The translations under genes and the position numbers were made by a program. A stretch of 64,000 nt of DNA from Candidatus Hadarchaeota archaeon (lineage in GTDB: Archaea > CAYQAE01 > CAYVLA01). Positions 10,093 to 18,824 of the stretch are shown here, piece after piece. The DNA is taken from positions 138,306 through 202,305 of the forward strand of contig CAZUNO010000003.1 of NCBI GenBank assembly GCA_964621445.1, given 5' to 3'. Each line of letters opens with the position of its first letter. Position 1 is the first letter of the stretch. The notes beneath the pieces were generated by a model. That model searched no databases and was not told the DNA's origin. It was given only the letters and a program-made list of their open reading frames with translations.

Positions 10093-10806
10093 TTGAGAAT
10101 CATTCCCGTTCTGGATATTCTTGATGGAAAAGTTGTAAGGGGTGTTGCTGGTAATCGGAAGAGGTACAAGCCGGTCACCAGTTCCATAACCGATTCAGTT
10201 CATCCGGTGCAGGTTGCCCGGGATCTCCTTGACATTCACACCTTCCGGGAAATCTACATAGCCGACCTCGACGCTATCGAGGGCAGGCCCGACAACAGGG
10301 AGCTTGTGAAAGAAGTATCTGAATTGGGCTGCCAGGTTTACCTCGACTCCGGAATTACGGGTCCGGGGGACATTGACCCGGATTACGAAATCAACCACCT
10401 GGTAGCTGGAACCGAGACCCTGGATTCATTGGAGGTCTTGGCAGAGATCTGTCAGATGCACCCGTCTGTAGTTTCCAGCTTGGATTACAAGGGAGATGAC
10501 CTGCTTTGCCGAGAGGAAAGCCTGAAACATATGAAACCCCGAGAGCTCGTCGCCAGCGTATGCGCTGCAGGCGTTTCGGAGATCATCTACCTGGACCTGG
10601 CTCGGGTTGGAACCGGTTCCGGTGTAGTATGCGAGAGAGTTGAGATGGTCATAGAAGCGTCCGAGGTACCGGTGATCGTGGGAGGCGGGATTAGGAATGC
10701 ATCCGATATTCGATCCCTTGATGAGGCTGGGGCGGATGGTGTTTTGGTTGCGAGCTGCGTTCACTCAGGTGAGTTGGATGAAGGGGACCTAGAGGGTTTG
10801 ACCTGA
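10093..10806 (+). CDS. HisA/HisF-related TIM-barrel protein (Orf17-like, C1-cofactor associated)
   Basis: IIPVLDILDGKVVRGVAG.R..Y, YIADLDAI, LDLARVGTGSG, VGGGIR. Confidence 0.85.
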   Translation: MRIIPVLDILDGKVVRGVAGNRKRYKPVTSSITDSVHPVQVARDLLDIHTFREIYIADLDAIEGRPDNRELVKEVSELGCQVYLDSGITGPGDIDPDYEINHLVAGTETLDSLEVLAEICQMHPSVVSSLDYKGDDLLCREESLKHMKPRELVASVCAAGVSEIIYLDLARVGTGSGVVCERVEMVIEASEVPVIVGGGIRNASDIRSLDEAGADGVLVASCVHSGELDEGDLEGLT

Positions 10807-11783
10807 TGATATCTAAGGCTCTTTATGAACTCATTAGGGGCCTCTCTGCTGGACCCTACCAGGATTCTGTGGTATGAGCGGTTTCCGGAGACCCTTTCCA
10901 ATATACCTTTACATTGAACCATTTCGCCACTGCGTGCCTGCCCAACGTAGGTATGGGTATAGGACACGATTTCCGATATCTCAAATCCCGAATATTCACA
11001 TTTCTCAACCTTGTATATCGCCGGGTAATCATAGGCCCTATTAGCATCTCTCACCATGCATTCAGCTCGGGCCTGTTCAATCCTCTGGTATCTTAAGTCT
11101 CCGAAGGATCCGGAGATCTCATGGGGCTTCCGGCAGGAGAGCAGGTCAAACCTTACATCGCCCAGCTTAGCCCGATTGAATTTTCTGGTCTCGTGCCAGA
11201 CGAATTCCGCGAAGGAATAATCCCCATTTGCTTCAATACCTCTTTTGGAATAGATATCCTTCCAATCGGTTCTGCCCAGTGCTGCGATTCTGTCCTCGGT
11301 AATGGCTCTCTTTACCGAGTTAACTGTCTTGGAAAGGTTATCTAGCCCGTACACGACCAGGTCAACATCCGAGCTGGTATTCTGGGCGCCGATAAGGTAG
11401 GACCCGGTAATTCCCATGTCATCCAGCGACAGATTAGATTCGGAAATGATTATTGATACGATATCCGATACTATAGGAGCCGTCCCCCGTTCAAGCAAGT
11501 CCTTTAAGGCAGGACCGGGCATGTAATGCCTCTTGATCGAGGATCTTGGAACGATCGTAAGTTTTCGGTCAAATTCCGGCCGAAAATGGACGTAGTTAGG
11601 GGCATGTTTTTGTAGATACAGGCGTGATTCCTCGCTCGATTCAAACTTATGAATATCCCCACACTCTCTTCTGTAACGAAGCTGGGATACAACGCCGGAA
11701 ATTGGATGGTTGAATAGGAGAACGGAGAAAATCAGACCATCCTTGGTTTCAATGAAGTCCCTTACCCGGTACATGCGATTCAC
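10761..11783 (-). CDS. Archaeal Pol-beta-family nucleotidyltransferase (COG1665-like)
   Basis: RDFIET.DGLIF, GITGSYLIG..SDVDLVVYG, YVGQA..GE, C-terminal OB-like segment. Confidence 0.75.
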   Translation of the reverse strand: MNRMYRVRDFIETKDGLIFSVLLFNHPISGVVSQLRYRRECGDIHKFESSEESRLYLQKHAPNYVHFRPEFDRKLTIVPRSSIKRHYMPGPALKDLLERGTAPIVSDIVSIIISESNLSLDDMGITGSYLIGAQNTSSDVDLVVYGLDNLSKTVNSVKRAITEDRIAALGRTDWKDIYSKRGIEANGDYSFAEFVWHETRKFNRAKLGDVRFDLLSCRKPHEISGSFGDLRYQRIEQARAECMVRDANRAYDYPAIYKVEKCEYSGFEISEIVSYTHTYVGQARSGEMVQCKGILERVSGNRSYHRILVGSSREAPNEFIKSLRYHQVKPSRSPSSNSPE

Positions 11784-11837
11784 AAATATATCGCCGATGA
11801 GTAATATCTTTAGTTGGCCTAGTATTAGGATCAGACA

Positions 11838-12518
11838 GTGATTGCTGGAATTGTGCCCTGCAAGGGACTGAAAAATGGGAAAACTAGGCTTGATCTTCCA
11901 CCTGAACTTGGGAGAGAAAAGAGGGAGCTAATAATATCAATGTTTGATCGGGTTCTAAAAGCGATGGTGGAAAGCAGGCTGGAGACGGTCTATGTAGTGA
12001 GCCCTGACGAAGGCATCCTTGAGCATGGTTCCGCTTTGGGAGCGCGGACAATTCTTGAATACAATCCCTCGGGGGCCAATTCCGCTGTTGAGCTGGCTAA
12101 TAAAAAAGCGATTAAAGACGGCTTTGAGGCAACGCTCGTTGCTTTTTCGGACATTCCTCTTATCTCGAAGCGGGACCTAAACGGAATACTGGACTTGATT
12201 ATTGAGTCTAACAGATGCGTGGCCGCGCTCCGTTCAAGGAGGGGGGGAACGAACCTTCTATTGCGGAAACCTCCTTCGGCAATACCATCTCGATACGGGA
12301 AAAACAGTTTTATCAAGCATCGCGATGAGACAATGCAGAATAGAATTCCCTTCTTTGAGTATGTGAGCAACCCGGCGTCCCTCGATGTAGATACGATATC
12401 CGATTTGAGGCTCTTGTTTCGGGGTGAGAGGTCGGCAGGGAATGAGTTGGAAAAAGAAGAACAATTTCGAATCTCACAAAGGATCACGGAGGCATTAGAT
12501 TGGCGAAGTCGAGAATAG
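11838..12518 (+). CDS. cofC: 2-phospho-L-lactate/PEP guanylyltransferase
   Basis: IVPCK..KTRL, SDIPL, GGTNLL, YG.NSF..H, LDVDT..DL. Confidence 0.88.
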   Translation: MIAGIVPCKGLKNGKTRLDLPPELGREKRELIISMFDRVLKAMVESRLETVYVVSPDEGILEHGSALGARTILEYNPSGANSAVELANKKAIKDGFEATLVAFSDIPLISKRDLNGILDLIIESNRCVAALRSRRGGTNLLLRKPPSAIPSRYGKNSFIKHRDETMQNRIPFFEYVSNPASLDVDTISDLRLLFRGERSAGNELEKEEQFRISQRITEALDWRSRE

Positions 12519-12700
12519 TTGTCGTGGAAGGTCTTAGTTATCTGGTTCCAAGAAAGAAGTACAAGGTGGCAAGGAAGGAATGTCCTCCAGCAGTCGATAC
12601 CTGGGATTATATTATGGATCACATAGAGGATTATGGTAGACTGTTGGATGAGGAAGAGGAACTAGAGGAAGAAGAGGAAGAAGAGGAAGAAGAGGAATAA
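12500..12700 (+). CDS. Small protein with a poly-Glu C-terminal tail
   Basis: GGAGG about 7 nt before a TTG that overlaps the cofC end; tail DEEEELEEEEEEEEEEE. Confidence 0.65.
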   Translation: MAKSRIVVVEGLSYLVPRKKYKVARKECPPAVDTWDYIMDHIEDYGRLLDEEEELEEEEEEEEEEE

Positions 12701-12705
12701 CCTAT

Positions 12706-13179
12706 TCAATGAAAAATTTTCACAAAGGCCATCAGGGAAAATGTCAGTACTAGCAATAGTGATAAAACGAGGCTCATCTCTCCCATGCCCAGTAGGGGGG
12801 TTAGGCATATTCCAGCAACCATGAGAGGCACGAGGCTAAAAGCCAATTTACTCGCACTGTATCTCCCCAGCCATTGCGAGACGTGTTTGAATTCGTGTTG
12901 GATAACATATGGATCATCGACGGAGAGGATTCCCCAACCGACGAAAGAGTAGCCTGAGATCTCGATCGATTTCTGGCCAAGGAAATCCCTGTTTTTCTTT
13001 CTCTCGAGTTTATTTATCTCAATATCCCTGCTGCAAATGTAATTTCCCTGGCCTGTTCTGGGTTTCATTATCAGGGCAGTTGGTTTCCCATATATAATCG
13101 ATAGAAGGCAAGCAAGGCAGAGAAAGGGGAAATATACGGCATGGGCAATTGCCCAGGAAACGGTCCTGGGAAAGGTCAT
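12706..13179 (-). CDS. Membrane protein with HExxH motif (putative zinc peptidase)
   Basis: Hydrophobic helices at both ends; VIQHEFKH. Confidence 0.5.
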   Translation of the reverse strand: MTFPRTVSWAIAHAVYFPFLCLACLLSIIYGKPTALIMKPRTGQGNYICSRDIEINKLERKKNRDFLGQKSIEISGYSFVGWGILSVDDPYVIQHEFKHVSQWLGRYSASKLAFSLVPLMVAGICLTPLLGMGEMSLVLSLLLVLTFSLMAFVKIFH

Positions 13180-13260
13180 AAGAAGCGGTTGGAATGGAAG
13201 GTGTACTAATTTGGGAGTAAATTCAAGATTTTGCTTTGCCGCGGAGTTGGTTTTGCTCAG

Positions 13261-13563
13261 TTACTTCTCTTCCTCCAGCGGTGCACCTGCATAGCTTGCT
13301 GCGGACAGCCTTTCTCCCTTTCGAATGCCGAAAAGCTTCATCGTCCGTTCATCGATGCCAATGGAGTTGGCGGGGAGGTAATCATCCTCAACGGCCTTGA
13401 CCAATAGGGTTCCTCTCTTACCGATAATCTCTATGGTACCGCCGGGCATGATCTGTAGCCTCTCCAGGTCCTCTCCTCTCATCTTCACCGTGTTGATCCA
13501 ATCCACCGGCTGGGCTTCGATGTTGATTACGCCTTTCTTTTCCTCCTCCTCAGACATTTCCAT
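13261..13563 (-). CDS. Stand-alone double-psi beta-barrel protein (CDC48_N-like)
   Basis: Internal two-fold pattern VKM..EDLERLQI.PGGTIEI / IGIDERTMKLFGIRKGERL. Confidence 0.6.
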   Translation of the reverse strand: MEMSEEEEKKGVINIEAQPVDWINTVKMRGEDLERLQIMPGGTIEIIGKRGTLLVKAVEDDYLPANSIGIDERTMKLFGIRKGERLSAASYAGAPLEEEK

Positions 13564-13631
13564 CTCCCGGTAAATGTGGGCGCTTCTCATATATAGATAT
13601 GAGGGATTCCCTCCCCGGGTGAAGGAAAACG

Positions 13632-14819
13632 TTACTGCAATGCGGACTCGATGGTGGAGAGTGCCAGCTCCATTTGCTCCTGGCCTATAATCAGCGGGGG
13701 TACCATTCGAATTACGTTACCGGCCGTTCTATTGATCAATATCTTCTCGGAAAGACAATGTTCGAATACTCTCTTGGCTACCCCTTCCGAGCACATTTCC
13801 ATGCCCAGCATGAGCCCAAGGCCCCTTACCTCCTTGATCTTTTCCGGGTAATTCCCCTTGATCTGCTTCATGCGGTTCAGACACCAATTGCCGAGCTTAC
13901 TAGCCCTTGTCGGTAGATCCTCCTCCACAAGGACCTCCAACGCAGCTTTGGCGGCGGCACAGGCCAGGGGGTTTCCACCGAAGGTTGACGCGTGGTCTCC
14001 TGGTTTGAACTTTGCCATGACCTCGTCCCTGGCAGCCATGGCCCCGATGGGGAACCCTCCTCCCAGCCCCTTGGCCATTGAGACTATATCGGGAGTCACT
14101 CCAATGGTTTGGCAGGCAAGGAAGCTCCCCGTTCTGCCCATTCCCGTCTGAACCTCGTCGAATGCCAGGTAGAGTCCTTGATCATCACATAGCTCCCGGA
14201 CCCTTGAGAGATAATCCCTTTTAACGGTTCTAACTCCTCCCTCACCCTGGATGGGCTCCAGTATCACCCCACCCACGTCCGTGCCCACCGCGGATTCAAG
14301 GCTCTGGAAGTCTCCGTAGGGAACGAATTTTACGCCGGGAACCAAGGGGCGAAAGGGTTTTCGGTACTTTTCCTGCCCAGTTACGGAGAGAGCGCCAAAA
14401 GTTCTTCCGTGAAAGGATCTATCTGCAGCGATTATTCCACTCTTTCCCGAAGCCCTTCGAATGAGCTTCAGGGCCGATTCCACGGCCTCCGCTCCGCTGT
14501 TACAAAGGAAGACCTTGCCGATAGGGCCCGGCAAGATATCGACTAGCGTTCGGCAGAGACGGGCCTGGGGCTCGATATAGTAGAGGTTCGAACAATGCAT
14601 CAGCTTACCTGCTTGCTCCCTTATCGCCTCTACAACGCGAGGATGACAGTGCCCGACATTATTCACGGCGATGCCGGCGAGACAATCGAGATATTCATTT
14701 CCCTCGGAATCCCAGACCTTTACACCTTCGCCCTTGACTAGGCATATGTCAAGTCGGCCGTAAAGGCCTGCGTGATACTCCGAATCTAGGTGGAAGATCT
14801 CGGAGGTTAAGGAATTCAT
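13632..14819 (-). CDS. argD: Acetylornithine aminotransferase (class III PLP; ArgD/LysJ family)
   Basis: YLDCLAGIAVNNVGH, NSGAEA, SFHGRT, EPIQGEGG, DEVQTGMGRTG, AKGLGGG, STFGGNP. Confidence 0.88.
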   Translation of the reverse strand: MNSLTSEIFHLDSEYHAGLYGRLDICLVKGEGVKVWDSEGNEYLDCLAGIAVNNVGHCHPRVVEAIREQAGKLMHCSNLYYIEPQARLCRTLVDILPGPIGKVFLCNSGAEAVESALKLIRRASGKSGIIAADRSFHGRTFGALSVTGQEKYRKPFRPLVPGVKFVPYGDFQSLESAVGTDVGGVILEPIQGEGGVRTVKRDYLSRVRELCDDQGLYLAFDEVQTGMGRTGSFLACQTIGVTPDIVSMAKGLGGGFPIGAMAARDEVMAKFKPGDHASTFGGNPLACAAAKAALEVLVEEDLPTRASKLGNWCLNRMKQIKGNYPEKIKEVRGLGLMLGMEMCSEGVAKRVFEHCLSEKILINRTAGNVIRMVPPLIIGQEQMELALSTIESALQ

Positions 14820-14850
14820 GGCTTGGAGTTGTAGCGAGTTCTCAAAAAGG

Positions 14851-15429
14851 TTACCGGGCTATCTTTATCAAAGAAATGGCCATGTCCTCATCGCAGTTCA
14901 GCTTCCGGATGAGCTGGAGGTCCTTTCCGCACGCACTGGAAAGATCCATTCCGGTTGATCGGGGGTAGGTAATTACGGCCTGCCCCCCGGGCTTCAGAAC
15001 CCTTGCAACCTCCTTCAGTCCTAGGTCGGGACGAGGCAGGTTTTGGATAACCGTTGCCCCTATCACCACGTCGAAGTAACCCGACCGGAAGGGTATTTTT
15101 TCACAGTCGCCAATTACCACCTCGCATTCCGGATGACGTTTCTTCAAAAGGGAGACCATGCCTGTCGAGAAGTCCAATCCGAGGTATGATAGAGTCTCAG
15201 TTTTCAGGGAATCTATAAGCAGTCCGGTCCCACAGCCCCAATCGAGAAGAACATCACCCGGGGATAGGGAGAGCATGCTCAGGATGATCGGGTACTTGAC
15301 CTTCTGTATTTCGGTATAACGTCTCTGGTAGTGGGATGGCGTGGCATCGTATCTTCGCCTTGTGTTGTTTTTGCGGGTATTTTTCCTGCGGTTCATTTCC
15401 ACCATTTTCTCTTCTGGGATGGAGAGCAA
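14851..15429 (-). CDS. Class I SAM-dependent methyltransferase (start uncertain)
   Basis: LLDWGCGTG, GLDFS, GD.EKIPF..FDVV, RVLKPGG. Confidence 0.85.
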   Translation of the reverse strand: MLSIPEEKMVEMNRRKNTRKNNTRRRYDATPSHYQRRYTEIQKVKYPIILSMLSLSPGDVLLDWGCGTGLLIDSLKTETLSYLGLDFSTGMVSLLKKRHPECEVVIGDCEKIPFRSGYFDVVIGATVIQNLPRPDLGLKEVARVLKPGGQAVITYPRSTGMDLSSACGKDLQLIRKLNCDEDMAISLIKIAR

Positions 15430-15605
15430 ACCCGGGAATCAGGGCTAGCGTCTCTAGAAAAAGAAGCAATTAATTTCTTTCCTTATTTTTAGAAAATTAT
15501 CTCAGATATTCATTAATAATAGAAATACAAATGGCCTTTTCTTCCGTTTCTCGCGTTTTTGTAAACATTTATAAGGGAAATTGCGGGGTTTCGGCCTGAT
15601 CGAGC

Positions 15606-16994
15606 TTGGACTCTCTAAACTTAGCCATACGTAACCTCAACCGGCGAAAATTGCGGACCGGTTTGATGATAGCCGTGATGGCTATTGTTTGTACTAACTT
15701 CATTCAACAGGTTAACTTCACCATTGGACTTCAGGTTACGGGAGATGTCGAGGAAGCACAGTCGGAGTGGGAAAAGAGATCCTCTCACCTGGCCTTCTTT
15801 GATGCGGAGATATATCCACAGGGCAAGCCCGATGACAAAATCCAGAAGGTGAACCCGCGGGACCTGGCGAAGATTCCAAATGGACTTTATGAAAAGGCTT
15901 TTCTGGCATCCGATGACGTGGATGGGAAGGTGGCGAGGGAAGTTGCGTTGAATTATGTCAAGGTGGAGATAACTCAGCCCGGCGAGTTCGAGACGGTACG
16001 AATTCCTTCGGGCGATCAATATATGGAGGTGCTGGGTGTTGGTTCGCCGTATATATCCATGTTCCTCAACAACACGCCCAGGCTGGAGCTCGCGGATTGC
16101 CCCTACTGTAATGGTGACGGGTGCGAGAAGTGCGACTTCACAGGAAAGTGGGGAGAGTACCCGCCTCCCAGAGGAGGTGGCCTGGTAATCTCCCAGTACT
16201 ACATGAACAGGGAGGACATGAATCTCACCCTGTTTTATGACAGCGAACGGGAGAAATGGGTGGGAACAAATGTAACCGCTTTCTACGATCTGGAGGGGGC
16301 AGGAGTTCAGGGGGAGTACGCCCTGTATAGCCCGGGTTATATGCCTCCTGCTGATGGTGTACAGCTTCAAATCATCGGGGTTCTTAGAACGTTCGATCCA
16401 TCTTTTGGTCTGGTGGCCCTTGACGATGCCTGGACCTTGAAGGGAATGGAGGATGATAGGTTCTCAAGCTTCCTGTACGTGAGGATTCCAAGCGTTCTTG
16501 ATTTCGGTGAGGTAAATCAGAAGCTATCGCCTTTCTACCCGCAGTTCAATGTCTTCGTTCTTTATCCCCAGATCAAAAATGTGCAGGCGGTTATTAACAT
16601 CCTGCAGTGGGAGTTGCCCACTGTGGCAGGGCTGGTGGCCCTGTTGATCTTCCTGAATATGATGCAGATGTCGGTGTATGAGAGGCTGAAGGAGGTAGGA
16701 ACCATGAGGGCCCTGGGTGCGGAGACCACAACCGCCATAATGATCTTCGCCTTTGAAGGTATAGCAATTGGCGGGCTTGGAGGGCTAATTGGGTACGCCG
16801 CGGCCTCGATAATAAGCCTGGCTACCAAGTTCGGAGGACTGAATCCGGACCTCAACCTGGTTGCCCAGATAGGTCCGGGCAAACTCATAATGGGTCTAGC
16901 TTTTGGCCTGATGATTGCGTTTATCGGGTCGGTATTGCCCGCCTTCTTCGCAATTGCCAAATCACCGGATGACTGCCTGAGAGGGGCTAGGTAA
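15606..16994 (+). CDS. MacB/FtsX-family ABC transporter permease
   Basis: LAIRNLNRRKLRT N-terminus; SVYERLKEVGTMRALGA; 4-TM topology. Confidence 0.85.
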   Translation: MDSLNLAIRNLNRRKLRTGLMIAVMAIVCTNFIQQVNFTIGLQVTGDVEEAQSEWEKRSSHLAFFDAEIYPQGKPDDKIQKVNPRDLAKIPNGLYEKAFLASDDVDGKVAREVALNYVKVEITQPGEFETVRIPSGDQYMEVLGVGSPYISMFLNNTPRLELADCPYCNGDGCEKCDFTGKWGEYPPPRGGGLVISQYYMNREDMNLTLFYDSEREKWVGTNVTAFYDLEGAGVQGEYALYSPGYMPPADGVQLQIIGVLRTFDPSFGLVALDDAWTLKGMEDDRFSSFLYVRIPSVLDFGEVNQKLSPFYPQFNVFVLYPQIKNVQAVINILQWELPTVAGLVALLIFLNMMQMSVYERLKEVGTMRALGAETTTAIMIFAFEGIAIGGLGGLIGYAAASIISLATKFGGLNPDLNLVAQIGPGKLIMGLAFGLMIAFIGSVLPAFFAIAKSPDDCLRGAR

Positions 16995-17021
16995 ACGGTT
17001 TTTGGGCAGGGCTCCAGCAAT

Positions 17022-17393
17022 CTAGTGTAGCCTGGATTCCTCTTCGACCTTGCGTATGATACCGGGATCAATCCTGCCCTCTTCCAAAGGTCGGTCTTTT
17101 CTCAACAGAAAGGTGGTTACTTTAGCGTTTTCACCGGCTATGATTGCATTTACTACCTCTTTACGGTAATTTTCCCCATAGTAATCGTCGAGAGCCTGAA
17201 GGTATTTTGCTGAGGCCTCGATAACTAAACCCTCGGTTTTAGCCCTCTCCTTGTATTTGATATTGGGTAGACCGCTTGGTGACCGCTTTCTTTCGTAATC
17301 AATAAGGTATGATGGCCTGGATTTCGCATGTATCCTGGTTATCAGAAAAAGGATCTCGTTATCCGCCAGTCGACCATAGACGAAGACCTTCGT
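17022..17393 (-). CDS. Gamma-glutamylcyclotransferase/AIG2-like protein, ACG start; missed by the ORF track
   Basis: Manual translation (T)KVFVYGRLADNEIL..EGLVI..LQALDDYYGENYRK; GGAGATGA 4 nt upstream of ACG; 123 codons to TAG. Confidence 0.65.
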   Translation of the reverse strand, partial: TKVFVYGRLADNEILFLITRIHAKSRPSYLIDYERKRSPSGLPNIKYKERAKTEGLVIEASAKYLQALDDYYGENYRKEVVNAIIAGENAKVTTFLLRKDRPLEEGRIDPGIIRKVEEESRLH

Positions 17394-17408
17394 AGCCTCA
17401 TCTCCTTC

Positions 17409-17903
17409 CTACTCTATCTCGGAATTCCATAGTTGGTCACCGACGTGATGAATATTCTCGGCAACCTTGCCCTTCTCCTCGGGGTCGATATCGATGGAAT
17501 CTACGAGCATCTCGGCGACACATATTGGCTTGTTATGCCTTTCCTCGGTCACCACGCACAACTCACCCTGGCTTAGCTCGTGATCCCATTGAACGATGCC
17601 CGGTGCCATGACATCGGCACCGTTAATGAGATAGGGAACGGCTCCCGAGTCAACCGTCAGATAGCTGTTGTCGATATCGATGCGGAGGAATCCCTTAAGG
17701 GTTGGAAACATGCCACCTCTGGTGGTGAACACCACAGGTTCGCGGTCGGAAAGAATTAGCTCATGCTCGTCACCAGCGGCATGTTCCAGTGGTTGACGGA
17801 GAATGGAGTCTATCGCTTCCGGGGAGAGAAAGTTTGATAATTCCTGTCTTACCTTTTCGATCTCCTTTGAGGAAATGGGGTGCCGCCTTCGAATTCTCAT
17901 CAA
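17409..17903 (-). CDS. PUA-domain RNA-binding protein (MCT-1/Tma20-like)
   Basis: FPTL, VDSGAVPYLINGADVMAPGI, KGKVAENIHHVGD. Confidence 0.9.
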   Translation of the reverse strand: MMRIRRRHPISSKEIEKVRQELSNFLSPEAIDSILRQPLEHAAGDEHELILSDREPVVFTTRGGMFPTLKGFLRIDIDNSYLTVDSGAVPYLINGADVMAPGIVQWDHELSQGELCVVTEERHNKPICVAEMLVDSIDIDPEEKGKVAENIHHVGDQLWNSEIE

Positions 17904-17959
17904 CCTAAACCTCCGCTCGAATAGATTTAAATATCGCTTGAGGGATCAAGCGCTGGGAC

Positions 17960-18193
17960 TTGACCATGGTTCAGAAACCAATGGATATACTTGATTCATC
18001 ACTGGACCAGGTAGTGCTCATAAAGCTTAGGGGTGGCAGAGAGTTCAGGGGCCTCCTCCGCGGCTATGATGTACACATGAATATAATCCTGGACGAGGCG
18101 CAGGAGCTAGACGGACCGGATGCCCTGAACTTCGAGACCGCCATAATTAGGGGCGATAATGTTGTATTCATATCGCCGACCGATAAGAGGTGA
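17960..18193 (+). CDS. Sm-like archaeal protein (SmAP/LSm)
   Basis: [39 protein letters not shown]; upstream of rpl37e. Confidence 0.95.
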   Translation: MTMVQKPMDILDSSLDQVVLIKLRGGREFRGLLRGYDVHMNIILDEAQELDGPDALNFETAIIRGDNVVFISPTDKR

Positions 18194-18198
18194 TCAGA

Positions 18199-18366
18199 GT
18201 GACAAAGGGAACGACATCTTTTGGCAAGAGGAACAAGGTTACTCACGTTATATGTCGCAGGTGCGGCAATCATTCCTATCACGTAAGGAAGAAGAGGTGC
18301 GCTGCCTGCGGTTTTGGGCAGAGTTCAAAGAGAAGGACCTATAACTGGCATAAGTGGTCAACGTAA
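18199..18366 (+). CDS. rpl37e: 50S ribosomal protein L37e
   Basis: Manual translation [33 protein letters not shown]; GAGGTGA SD. Confidence 0.95.
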   Translation: MTKGTTSFGKRNKVTHVICRRCGNHSYHVRKKRCAACGFGQSSKRRTYNWHKWST

Positions 18367-18400
18367 GGGATACGGATAACCGTCCTTGAATCCGAGAACA

Positions 18401-18408
18401 TTTTAAAG
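18401..18408 (+). promoter_or_regulatory. TATA box of tRNA-Ala
   Basis: TTTTAAAG about 25 nt upstream of the tRNA. Confidence 0.6.
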
Positions 18409-18432
18409 CAAATCCAACTAGTGATCTGCGGT

Positions 18433-18556
18433 GGGCCGGTAGATCAGTCGGTAGATCGTCGTCTTGGCATGGCGTTTAACGCCCCAAGCTGGCGGAGGCC
18501 GCGGGACAGGGTCTGGGTTTCCAGGCCTTGCGCGAATTCAAATCCCGCCCGGTCCA
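18433..18556 (+). tRNA. tRNA-Ala(GGC) with two introns (37/38: 18470-18489; 53/54: 18506-18536)
   Basis: Acceptor GGGCCGG/CCGGTCC with G3-U70, D stem GATC/GATC, anticodon GGC, T arm GCGGG-TTCAAAT-CCCGC after splicing; both introns form BHB-type motifs. Confidence 0.92.
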
Positions 18557-18692
18557 CTTTCGGGTTAACCCATTTAACCAATTAGGAATATAAAATAGGC
18601 CTTTTTGGATTTTTTTATGGGGAATATTGCCAATTACGGGGAAATCCGTTTCGATTTACGTGCAAAATGTCTTATTATAGACCCGATGTCAC

Positions 18693-18706
18693 AAAAACTT
18701 TATAAG
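18693..18706 (+). promoter_or_regulatory. BRE/TATA promoter of the candidate ncRNA
   Basis: AAAAACTTTATAAG about 23 nt before the 5' stem. Confidence 0.6.
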
Positions 18707-18728
18707 CAGGCCCGTCCTTTACAGGAAT

Positions 18729-18824
18729 GGGTCGCCTGAGCGGTAACTCAACCCCCTAAACCCCGAAAAGAAAGAACCCCCTATTTCCCCGAATTGTGTG
18801 TTTCTTTTCTCGCTGAGGCGGCCC
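18729..18824 (+). ncRNA. Candidate structured small RNA of unknown family
   Basis: Ends pair (GGGTCGCCT-G-AGCGG / TCGCT-G-AGGCGGCCC); inner stem GAAAAGAAA/TTTCTTTTC; duplicated C-rich motif; own TATA box. Confidence 0.55.

Noticed and set aside
4922-14819. LysW-type pathway made of the RimK-like ligase, the small acidic protein and the aminotransferase
   Set aside because: The small protein lacks the LysW zinc ribbon and EDWGE end, and the ligase fits the cofactor cluster.
18511-18522. GTCTGGGTTTCC shared by tRNA intron 2 and the terminator at 49649-49672 (minus strand)
   Set aside because: A 12-nt match in hairpins is too short to imply common origin.
18750-18764. Telomerase-template-like CCCTAAACCC in the candidate ncRNA
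   Set aside because: There is no reverse transcriptase or matching tandem repeat in the window, and the second copy of the motif differs.
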